Positions 37,697 to 46,028 of a stretch of DNA of 64,000 nt are shown one piece after another (within the stretch, counting starts at the first letter, position 1; each line of letters opens with the position of its first letter). This DNA is from Gemmatimonadaceae bacterium (GTDB taxonomy: Bacteria > Gemmatimonadota > Gemmatimonadetes > Gemmatimonadales > Gemmatimonadaceae). The DNA is taken from assembly GCA_051859245.1 (NCBI GenBank), contig JBHYGA010000004.1:96001-160000 (forward strand), written 5' to 3'. A program made the translations under genes and the position numbers. Under the pieces are notes generated by a model. The model ran no database searches. It saw nothing but the letters and a program-made list of their open reading frames with translations, and had not been told where the DNA came from.

Positions 37697-38689
37697 TCAT
37701 GAACCTCGCCGCGGCAACGCCAGGGGCACAGAGAGAGCGTCAATCCAGTCGCCGTACGTCGCGAGCGCCTGTTGCCGTGCGGCCGCGCGCGAGAGAAACA
37801 CATCATGCACGGCCTGCGCGATCGGAACCTCCGTGACCGAACGACCAAGTTGTGGCACCGCGCGGTGCATCTGCTCGACATTCAGCACGCCATCGCACAC
37901 ATGCATGCGATCGTCCCAACCACGCACTTTGAGGGATTCTGCACTGCGCAGCAACAGTACCGGAACGCCGATAGCGAGCCCTTTCGCCACCTGCGCGTGG
38001 CCCGCACGCACCGCACGCATCCAGCCCGCGTAGGCAGGAAATCCGCGTTCCGGCTTCCAGCGCAAATCAAACGTCCATTCGCCGCGAAAATCGCGGTGCA
38101 GACTCTGCACATACGCCGGCGAGAGCACGCCAGGAATCGGCAAGGTGGTGAGCACGCGGCCGATGGTCGTAACCGCAAGCAGCGCGGCGCGCTCCAGCAC
38201 ACTCGCGTTGAAGTCCATGAACGGACTGTTCAACACCAAGGCCTGCACGCGATCGCGCGATGCGCCGTTGTGCATGTACAGCGCAGCGGCGAGGCCGCCG
38301 GTGGAGTGACCGGTGAGGCACAGGAGCCGGTGGCCCGGCTGCGACGTGATCACGGCAATCGCAAGCGTGATTTCCTGATCATACTCGCGCAGGTCACGCA
38401 CAAAGTACGGTCGATTGCCCGCGCGCAGTGAGCGGCCGGAACGCCGCAGATCCAGCGCGTACACATCCCACCCGCGCGCGTTCAGAAAGTGTGCGACGTG
38501 CGCGTGAAAGAAGTAGTCCACAAAACCGTGCACGTGCAGCACCGCACGACCATTGCCGTTTCGCGCGCGCTTTCGTACCAGCGTGGCGACCAGCGTACCA
38601 TCGTCTGCGCTGGGCAGCGGCATCGTCACGGCTTCGAATCCGGCGAGCACCGGATCCAGCACCCAGCTCACGATTGGCGCGTCGCTCAC
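37697..38689 (-). CDS. Alpha/beta hydrolase (lysophospholipase-like)
   Basis: HVHGFVDYFFH, DLRRSGRS, GHSTGG, LNSPF, HDVFLS; GTG start overlaps the mog stop. Confidence 0.9.
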   Translation of the reverse strand: MSDAPIVSWVLDPVLAGFEAVTMPLPSADDGTLVATLVRKRARNGNGRAVLHVHGFVDYFFHAHVAHFLNARGWDVYALDLRRSGRSLRAGNRPYFVRDLREYDQEITLAIAVITSQPGHRLLCLTGHSTGGLAAALYMHNGASRDRVQALVLNSPFMDFNASVLERAALLAVTTIGRVLTTLPIPGVLSPAYVQSLHRDFRGEWTFDLRWKPERGFPAYAGWMRAVRAGHAQVAKGLAIGVPVLLLRSAESLKVRGWDDRMHVCDGVLNVEQMHRAVPQLGRSVTEVPIAQAVHDVFLSRAAARQQALATYGDWIDALSVPLALPRRGS

Positions 38690-39261
38690 GCGGTCGCGGT
38701 CCCGCTCTCCGCGCGCGGCCCACGCACCGGGGCGCGGTCCGAGTTGGTAAAGGTTGATCCGCCAAGTAGGCGCAACGCGGGGGCAACGCCCGCCCAGATC
38801 GCAGACAGACACACTTCGATCGACGCCGGTTTGCCTGGCAGGTTCACAATCAGCGACGTGCCGCGTGACCCGGCCACTTGTCGCGAAAGAATCGCCGTAG
38901 GAACCGTACGCAGTGATTCCGTTCGCATCGCTTCACCAAAGCCGGGAAACAGCCGCTCGCACACCGCCATGGTTGCATCCGGTGTCACATCGCGAATCGC
39001 GGGTCCGGTGCCACCCGTGGTGATGATCAATCGACACTGATGCCAGTCGGCAAGCTCCAACAACGTGGCTTCCACCATGGCGCGATCGTCTGGAATACAC
39101 CGGTACATTTCGGTAAAGGGCGACGCGATCCAGCGTGACAACACATCACGGATGGCCGCCCCCGAGAGATCCTCGTACGTGCCAGCTGCCGCGCGATCAG
39201 AGACCGTCACAATACCAATGCGCATCGAATCAACGGGGACCTGTTCCATCACCGCGCTCAC
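38686..39261 (-). CDS. mog: Molybdopterin adenylyltransferase
   Basis: IGIVTVSDRA, YEDLSG, TTGGTGPAIRDVTPDAT, PGFGEAMR, ILSRQVAG, NLPGKP. Confidence 0.93.
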   Translation of the reverse strand: MSAVMEQVPVDSMRIGIVTVSDRAAAGTYEDLSGAAIRDVLSRWIASPFTEMYRCIPDDRAMVEATLLELADWHQCRLIITTGGTGPAIRDVTPDATMAVCERLFPGFGEAMRTESLRTVPTAILSRQVAGSRGTSLIVNLPGKPASIEVCLSAIWAGVAPALRLLGGSTFTNSDRAPVRGPRAESGTATA

Positions 39262-39443
39262 CCGTTGGCGCGACGAGAAAAAAACATGGCCAGCCCGACA
39301 TCACTCACGGCCACAAACATGATCATGGCACCGACTACGTAGTTCTGTCGTGCCGCCATGAAGTACACACCGAGCAACGCGAGCAACAACGCGGAGCCGA
39401 GCAACATGAGGGAGAGCATGCGAAATCGCGGGTTCGACATCAT
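39258..39443 (-). CDS. Small two-TM hypothetical protein
   Basis: 61-aa hydrophobic ORF whose stop overlaps the mog start (GTGA). Confidence 0.6.
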   Translation of the reverse strand: MMSNPRFRMLSLMLLGSALLLALLGVYFMAARQNYVVGAMIMFVAVSDVGLAMFFSRRANG

Positions 39444-39495
39444 GCAGTCGGGTGTGCGGTGAAGGGCGTGGACGCCTCGCACCGCGAGGCAATGA

Positions 39496-41832
39496 TCAGA
39501 GATGTCCGACGCTGAATCGCAACTGCACGCTGCGACCCGGAGCATCGGCAAACTCCTTGTAGCGACTAAGGAACGGACGATACCGCTGATTCGTCAGGTT
39601 CCGAACGACCACATCAACATGCACGGGTCCGCGCGCGGTGGCGAGCGCTACACCGGAACTCGCGTGCCACAACGTGAACCCCGACGGGGCGATATCAATC
39701 GGATCCAGACGTGACTGCGTCGCATGCGACTCGCCGTGGAGCCGAACATACGGCAAGGCAGACCCCGGCAGCCATCCGCCACGCTGGCGCCCCGGATCCG
39801 TGATGCGCACCCCCCACGTGGCGCGTGCTGGCGGCACGAACGTGAGCGGGATGCCGGCCGACCGATTGTCACCGAGCGTCAGGTCCGCGCCAGCGTCGAG
39901 CGTGAGCCAGCGCGTGGGCTGCACCGTGGCGGCCACCTCGCCGCCGCGCAGCCAGGCGTTGCCCTGCACGACCTCCAGCGAATCAAACACGCGGCCAGTG
40001 GTGGCAAACGGACGCAGATAGATGTAGTTCCGCACCTGGTTCGAGTAGACACCCGCATCGAGCGTGAACGAACGCTGACGCACGCGCACACCAACATCTG
40101 CATTGAGCGACGTTTCCAGATCGAGCTGCAGATTACCGCGTTCGTAGGCCCGCGTGCCTTCATGGAATCCGTTCGCAAACAGTTCGTTGTACCACGGCGA
40201 ACGGAAGCCGCGCGCCACCGCAACCACGAGTGCGACATCGTCTCGCAGCGCGTAGGTCGCGCCGAGGTTGCCGCTCCACGTATTCCACGTGCGACGCGTT
40301 GGTTCGAGCGCGAGGACCGCATCTCGCTCGGCCGCGACCGTGCGTGAATCCCATCGCGCACCAACACTCAGTGTGAGTTTGCCGAGCGTCGCCTGCTCGT
40401 AGCCGTAGAGCGCAAGGTTGTTCGCTGAGGCATTCGGAATAAGCGTGCTGGTTCCGGATTTTCTGAACGACTGTCCCATCGCGGCGACACCCAGCATGCC
40501 TTGCCATTCACCACCAAATGCGTTGCGCACTTCGGGCAACCAATGCGCGGTGAGCGTGCCAGTGTGCGCGGTCAGGCCGAGCACATGGTCGTCTGCGTCG
40601 ACGGCGTCAAACTCACGCCGCACATTGCGCTCGCCCGCCAGATCAAGCTCCACGCGACCGTCGCGTACCGGCACACGCCATTCGAGTTTGGCCCGATCAC
40701 TCACAATGCGCTGATATCCTGAATAGCCGGGTGCCGCGATCGGATCGTCGTAGATTTCAATGCGTTCACTTCGGCGTGAAAGACGCGTGGACACACTGCC
40801 CCAGCGCCCTCGTACGCCAGCCGCGCCTTGCGCATTGAACGTTTCATTTTCGGTGTTGAGCAACGCGCCATCGGGCGTGCGCATGTCACCCATCGCCCGA
40901 CCCGTCATTGATGCGCGCCAGCCGAGCGAACCAGCGCCGCCTTCCAGCGTGACCGTGGCTTCAGGACCGCGCAGATTCGCGTCGTAGAGCGCCGCAACAC
41001 CGGTCGTCATGAACGGTGCGCGACCGGTGGCATCGGGCAGCGCACGCGCAATCACATTCACAACGCCACCCAGCGCGTCAGAACCGTACAACACACTCGC
41101 GGGTCCCTTGATGATCTCAATGCGTTCCGCATCGCGCGTTTCGAGATTCGGAGCGTGATCCGTTCCCCACTGCTGACTTTCCACGCGCTGTCCATTGTCG
41201 AGCGTGATCACGCGCTGCGACGACAGACCGCGAATCACCGGCTTGCCGATGCCCGTTGTCATGCTGATCGAACGAACGCCGGCCACCGGTTCAAGCGTCT
41301 CACCGAGCGATCGTCCCTGCGCCTCGCGCAGCGGTTCACCGCCCAGCGTGGCCATGGCTTGCGGCGCCGTGAGCGGAGTGGTCGCGCGCGGACTCGCGCT
41401 CACCTGCACCGCACTCAGCTCGACGCGGCCCTCGCGCAGCGTAATGCGCAATCGCTCCGGTGCACTGTCCACGCGAATCGTCTGCAAGGCCGGCGCGTAG
41501 CCAATGCGCATCACCGACAGTCGGTAACTGCCGGCCGGCACAGCGCCGAACACAAACCGGCCGTCCGCGCCAGTAATGATGTGTCGCTGCAGCTCCACGA
41601 GCTGCACGCGGGCGCCGGTAATGGGTGTGCCATTCTCCTCAAGCAGCACACCGCTCACGGTGCCGGGTGCGAGTACCGGCTGCTGGGCGGCCACGCCTGA
41701 CGGGATTGCGTGGGCCACACTGGCGAGCGCCGAAAGCGCCAGCGCCGAAAGCGCGAGCAGGCCGAAACCAGCCATCAGACCGACCACGAGCGGGCGGCGG
41801 CGACACGAGCGAACGAGTGGAGACAAAACCAT
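39496..41832 (-). CDS. TonB-dependent receptor, probably for a divalent metal
   Basis: N-terminal carboxypeptidase-regulatory-like domain; GKPVIRGL, ERIEIIKGPASVLYGSDALGGVVNVI plug motif; ELFANGFHEGT; C-terminal PGRSVQLRF. Confidence 0.92.
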   Translation of the reverse strand: MVLSPLVRSCRRRPLVVGLMAGFGLLALSALALSALASVAHAIPSGVAAQQPVLAPGTVSGVLLEENGTPITGARVQLVELQRHIITGADGRFVFGAVPAGSYRLSVMRIGYAPALQTIRVDSAPERLRITLREGRVELSAVQVSASPRATTPLTAPQAMATLGGEPLREAQGRSLGETLEPVAGVRSISMTTGIGKPVIRGLSSQRVITLDNGQRVESQQWGTDHAPNLETRDAERIEIIKGPASVLYGSDALGGVVNVIARALPDATGRAPFMTTGVAALYDANLRGPEATVTLEGGAGSLGWRASMTGRAMGDMRTPDGALLNTENETFNAQGAAGVRGRWGSVSTRLSRRSERIEIYDDPIAAPGYSGYQRIVSDRAKLEWRVPVRDGRVELDLAGERNVRREFDAVDADDHVLGLTAHTGTLTAHWLPEVRNAFGGEWQGMLGVAAMGQSFRKSGTSTLIPNASANNLALYGYEQATLGKLTLSVGARWDSRTVAAERDAVLALEPTRRTWNTWSGNLGATYALRDDVALVVAVARGFRSPWYNELFANGFHEGTRAYERGNLQLDLETSLNADVGVRVRQRSFTLDAGVYSNQVRNYIYLRPFATTGRVFDSLEVVQGNAWLRGGEVAATVQPTRWLTLDAGADLTLGDNRSAGIPLTFVPPARATWGVRITDPGRQRGGWLPGSALPYVRLHGESHATQSRLDPIDIAPSGFTLWHASSGVALATARGPVHVDVVVRNLTNQRYRPFLSRYKEFADAPGRSVQLRFSVGHL

Positions 41833-41851
41833 GGATGAGTGTTTCCTAGAA

Positions 41852-41877
41852 GGTTATTTAGGATACACTAAATCACC
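41852..41877. promoter_or_regulatory. DtxR/MntR/SirR-like operator upstream of the TonB receptor
   Basis: AT-rich palindrome GGT-T-ATTTAG-GATACA-CTAAAT-C-ACC, 20-45 nt upstream of the ATG. Confidence 0.65.
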
Positions 41878-41910
41878 CGCGCGCCTCGGGCAAGTCCCGG
41901 CCCCGCCAGC

Positions 41911-42987
41911 CTAGTCGAATCGTGGGCGCGCGTGGCGTGTCACACGCCAGCGGCCGTCGTCCAGACGCTCCGCCAGATACACCGACTGCGCGCCCAGGCC
42001 GACCACACGGTGGTAGAGCGGCACGCTCACATCGTGCGTCTCGGCGACACCCGGCCGAAACACTGTGTACCGCTCTTCCTGACGGGGCGACGCCTGCGTC
42101 CGCCAGGTCCACACCTCGCCATCGCGCGCCGCCCGCGCTTCGATGAAAGGCCCTTTGGTGGGCGCGTACTGAATGGCGTCCTGCGCCACAGATGGTCCCG
42201 CTGGCAGGCCGCGCAGGAAGCCCTTGTCCGCGTCGGTACTGCGAATCGCCGCGTAGGCGCGTGGACCACCAATCGTCTGCGACCCGTCGGGCATCCGGTA
42301 GTCGATCTGATGCGGTCCACCGCGCGCAATCCAGACGGTGCCGTCGGCCAGCACCCCCCACAAGTCACGCGGTGCGTACTCCGGTGGCGCCACGTATGAG
42401 CGCTGCCCCATCGGAATGGTCACCGTGGCTTTGGGCACATGAATGCGGGCAATTGTATCCACCGTGTTTCCGGACACACGAACCAGCGGCACCGAATCAT
42501 TGCGGGCCGCGCTCGACAACGCCGACACCAGGGCTCCGAGTGTGTCACGGCGCACCAGAAACTGATCCACTTGCTCCGGAATGGTAAACACAGAATCGGC
42601 CGCGCCGTCACGTGCAAATCCCACCATCCGCTTTGCCACGCCGTCGAGTGCAACAACACCGCCGTCACGCGCATCCATCACCGCAAAGGGCATGCGAAAC
42701 TGACCCGGAGCATTGCCGAGTGCGCCAATCGTATCCGCCGTTGTTGACTCACCGAATGTTGCGCGCAGCAATCCGGGCTGTTGGTACAACGCAATCCACA
42801 CACGTCCGTCCACGTCTTCATGCAGTTCTTCCACCTCCGCGACAATCAGCGGCGCCGCGTCGGTGAACGACAGCGCAACGGCCGCCGGCTCGGGGTTCGT
42901 GACGGATGTGTCGGACGCCGAATTGTCTGCACAGGCGACAAGCGCGAGGCAGAGCACCAATGGTACAACGCGAGTACGCAGCATCAT
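41911..42987 (-). CDS. 6-bladed beta-propeller-like lipoprotein
   Basis: Lipobox LVAC; GALGNAPGQF variant of the GxxGxGPGEF motif. Confidence 0.75.
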   Translation of the reverse strand: MMLRTRVVPLVLCLALVACADNSASDTSVTNPEPAAVALSFTDAAPLIVAEVEELHEDVDGRVWIALYQQPGLLRATFGESTTADTIGALGNAPGQFRMPFAVMDARDGGVVALDGVAKRMVGFARDGAADSVFTIPEQVDQFLVRRDTLGALVSALSSAARNDSVPLVRVSGNTVDTIARIHVPKATVTIPMGQRSYVAPPEYAPRDLWGVLADGTVWIARGGPHQIDYRMPDGSQTIGGPRAYAAIRSTDADKGFLRGLPAGPSVAQDAIQYAPTKGPFIEARAARDGEVWTWRTQASPRQEERYTVFRPGVAETHDVSVPLYHRVVGLGAQSVYLAERLDDGRWRVTRHARPRFD

Positions 42988-43055
42988 CTATCCGGGAAGT
43001 TCGATACGGTGCGGCACACTCACGGCCGCACATCTGAAAAGCAGCACGGCAGGAC

Positions 43056-43742
43056 TCACCGCGTCCAGCGTCGCACCGGGCTGGTGGTCCGGCGTGTGCC
43101 CGCCAGCAACGCGACCATCACCAACACGCACGCCGCCACGATCGCGCCCAGGAACGCCTGACGCGCCACACCAAACCGCGCGCGCGAAACCGTATACGCT
43201 TCGCGCGTGACACGTACCTGCAACGCCACCAGTTCACGCAGTGACTGACTGAACGCATCAAACGCGGGGAAAAAATCGCCGTTGATAAAAGGCGTGAGCG
43301 TTGTGCGATCCGATGCCACCAACGTGTCCTGCAGTCGCTGCGCGACCACAAAACCATGTTGGATGGTCGGCGTGATCTGCACAACAAGTGTTGATTCAGC
43401 AGGCGTGAACCACGTGTGCAGGTACGCGCTCCACGACGATTCCGCACGCTCGCGTGCGCTACGCACGGCGATCACGGCGCTGTCACGCGACACCAGTCCA
43501 CGGTCGACCTTCACCGCCATATCGACCAGCGTGTGTGTCATGTCATCATTGACCGTGTGCAGCAACGCCAGCGCTTCAACACGATCATGAAACACGCTTT
43601 CGAGACTGCGCAACGAGAGCCCAAGAAAACCCCACGCGAGCGCCGTCGTCACGAGCACCACGGCCAGCAAACCAACCAGCGCCGACGGCAGCCGTCGTTC
43701 AGCTGAGAGGCGTGCACGTGAAGAAGCAACGGGAGCAGTCAT
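43056..43742 (-). CDS. Stand-alone four-helix-bundle (4HB_MCP-like) sensor membrane protein
   Basis: TM - SLESVFHDRV...WSAYLHTWFTPAE...LRELVALQVRV - TM, followed by only ~13 residues. Confidence 0.7.
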   Translation of the reverse strand: MTAPVASSRARLSAERRLPSALVGLLAVVLVTTALAWGFLGLSLRSLESVFHDRVEALALLHTVNDDMTHTLVDMAVKVDRGLVSRDSAVIAVRSARERAESSWSAYLHTWFTPAESTLVVQITPTIQHGFVVAQRLQDTLVASDRTTLTPFINGDFFPAFDAFSQSLRELVALQVRVTREAYTVSRARFGVARQAFLGAIVAACVLVMVALLAGTRRTTSPVRRWTR

Positions 43743-43747
43743 GGCAT

Positions 43748-45091
43748 TCAGTAGCGGGCCAGATAACGATCAAGCTCCCAGCGCGTGACTTGCATGTGAT
43801 ATTCGCGCCACTCCGTTCGCTTCGCCGCCAGAAAATGCTCGGTCACATGGTCACCAAGCGCGTTCGTCAGCACTTCGTCTTTCTCCAGTTCATCACACGC
43901 TTCGTCGAGCGTGCGTGGCAGATCGTCAATGCGCAGACGACGACGTTCACGGTGCGACATTTCCCAGATGTTCGCGTGCACGGGTTCGCGCCAATCGGCT
44001 TCCGTGCGCACACCGTCAAGCCCCGCCGCCAGCATGGCCGCGAGCGCGAGATACGGATTGGCACTTGGATCCGGCGTGCGCAACTCAAGCCGCGTGCCGC
44101 TGCCGCGACGATCAGGCACACGAATCATCGGCGAACGATTGCGCAGTGACCACGCCGCGTGCACTGGCGCCTCAAATCCCGGCACCAGTCGTTTGTACGA
44201 ATTCACGATCGGATTCGTAATCGCGCACAACGCGCGTGCGTGACGCAACAATCCGCCAATGTAGTGCAGCGCCGTGATCGACAACTCCCACTCACGTTGC
44301 GGATCCCAGAATGCGTTTTGTCCATGACGAAACAGCGACTGATGGGTGTGCATGCCGCTGCCGTTCTGCCCGACAATCGGCTTGGGCATGAACGACGCAA
44401 ACAGTCCAAACTGTCGCGCCACTTGTTTGACCACGAATCGGAACGTGGCGATGTTGTCCGCCGTACGCAGGGCATCGGCGTAGCGGAAATCAATTTCATG
44501 TTGACCGTGCGCGACTTCGTGATGCGCACCTTCCACTTCAAAACCGAGCTGCTCGAGCACGTCCACAATTGCCCGTCGCGCTTCTTCACCCAGATCCATG
44601 GGCGCGAGGTCGAAGTAACTGCCGACATCGTGCGTGGTCGTGGATGGCCCACCATCGGCCGTGGCTTTGAACAAGAAGAACTCGGCTTCCATGCCCGCGT
44701 TCATGGTGAAACCAAGCTCGGCGGCGGCTGCGATCTGACGTCGTAGCACACCGCGGGGGTCACCCGCGAATGGTGTACCGTCCGGGTGATTCACATCGCA
44801 GATAAGGCGCGCCACGCGCGCCGCCGGATCGCCCCACGGATACACCTGAAACGTGCTCAGATCCGGCGCGAGCAGCATGTCGGACTCTTCCACGCGCACG
44901 AATCCTTCAATGCTCGAGCCATCGAACAGGATGTCGCCCTTGAGCGCCTTCCTGAACTGCGACGACGGAATCTCCACATTCTTGATCACGCCAAGAATGT
45001 CCGTGAACTGCAAGCGCAGAAAGCGAACCTGCTGCGAGTCGGCCAGTTCGAGAATGTCGCTCGCGGTGGCACCGCTCAAATCAGCGGGCAC
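43748..45091 (-). CDS. glnA: Glutamine synthetase type I family
   Basis: RLQFTDILG, FDGSSIEGF, EAEFFLF, HHEVAHGQHEI, FMPKP...NGSGMHTHQS, NSYKRLVPGFEAP, RLELRTPDPSANPYL. Start approximate (GTG 45091). Confidence 0.92.
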   Translation of the reverse strand: MPADLSGATASDILELADSQQVRFLRLQFTDILGVIKNVEIPSSQFRKALKGDILFDGSSIEGFVRVEESDMLLAPDLSTFQVYPWGDPAARVARLICDVNHPDGTPFAGDPRGVLRRQIAAAAELGFTMNAGMEAEFFLFKATADGGPSTTTHDVGSYFDLAPMDLGEEARRAIVDVLEQLGFEVEGAHHEVAHGQHEIDFRYADALRTADNIATFRFVVKQVARQFGLFASFMPKPIVGQNGSGMHTHQSLFRHGQNAFWDPQREWELSITALHYIGGLLRHARALCAITNPIVNSYKRLVPGFEAPVHAAWSLRNRSPMIRVPDRRGSGTRLELRTPDPSANPYLALAAMLAAGLDGVRTEADWREPVHANIWEMSHRERRRLRIDDLPRTLDEACDELEKDEVLTNALGDHVTEHFLAAKRTEWREYHMQVTRWELDRYLARY

Positions 45092-45230
45092 GAGGGATCG
45101 GGGAGTGCGGGGCACGAGCCTGGGAGAAGGGCGAAGCAAGCAGGCGGCGCATACAAGGCGCCGATCACACTCTAGAACCTGCCGATCATCAATGGAAGTG
45201 CGCGGGCCGCTCGCCTAACTTCCGGGTCAC

Positions 45231-46025
45231 ATGACTGCTTCGACTTCGCCTTCGACCGGGAGCCCTCTTGGCCCTGGCAGCTTCTGCGCCGCTTGCGGTG
45301 CCCCTCTTTCAGCCGGCGCCCGCTTCTGCCACCGCTGCGGCACGCCAGCCGGTGAGGGCGTGCCGATCGCCCGCGCCGTAGCCGCCGGTGCGCCAGGCAC
45401 GGGCGGTGGCCTCGCGGGCGTCCTGCCGTGGGGCGTGGCCTTCGTTGCGCTGATGGCGCTGGTGGCCATGGTGGCCGGCCGCAACTTCGGCGCGGCCAAG
45501 GGCAGCGCCATCGACGGCTCCGCCAACGCGCTCCCCACGCAGGCCATCGACGGTCCGGCCCTGGGCGGCGCCGCACCCGGAAGTGGACCCCGGGCGCCCG
45601 ACATTGCGAATATGACGCCTGAGGAACGGGCTGACCGGCTCTATGAACGCATCATGGGCTATGACGAGCGCGGGGCGCGCGACTCCGTCCTCATTTTTGC
45701 GCAAATGGCGCTGCCGGCGCACGAACTGCTTGAGAACATCGATCTTGACCGGCGCTATCACGCCGGGCGCATCGCCGAAGCGGCCGGACTTCCCGATATG
45801 GCGCTCGCGCAGTCGGACACCATTCTCCGCACCGACGCCAACCATTTGCTCGGCATCATTTTGGGCATCCGCGCCGCACGGCTGAACAACGATGAGGCGC
45901 GCGCGCGCGACTACGAACAGAAACTGCTGCGCGTGATCGATACGGAAACGGCGCGTCAGCTGCCCGAGTACGAGCAGCACCCGGCTGAGATCCGATTAGC
46001 CCTTGAACGCGCGCGCCAGAAATAA
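45231..46025 (+). CDS. Zinc-ribbon membrane protein with helical C-terminal domain
   Basis: FCAACG...FCHRCG zinc ribbon; TM VLPWGVAFVALMALVAMVA; helical C-terminus. Confidence 0.8.
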   Translation: MTASTSPSTGSPLGPGSFCAACGAPLSAGARFCHRCGTPAGEGVPIARAVAAGAPGTGGGLAGVLPWGVAFVALMALVAMVAGRNFGAAKGSAIDGSANALPTQAIDGPALGGAAPGSGPRAPDIANMTPEERADRLYERIMGYDERGARDSVLIFAQMALPAHELLENIDLDRRYHAGRIAEAAGLPDMALAQSDTILRTDANHLLGIILGIRAARLNNDEARARDYEQKLLRVIDTETARQLPEYEQHPAEIRLALERARQK

Positions 46026-46028
46026 GGC

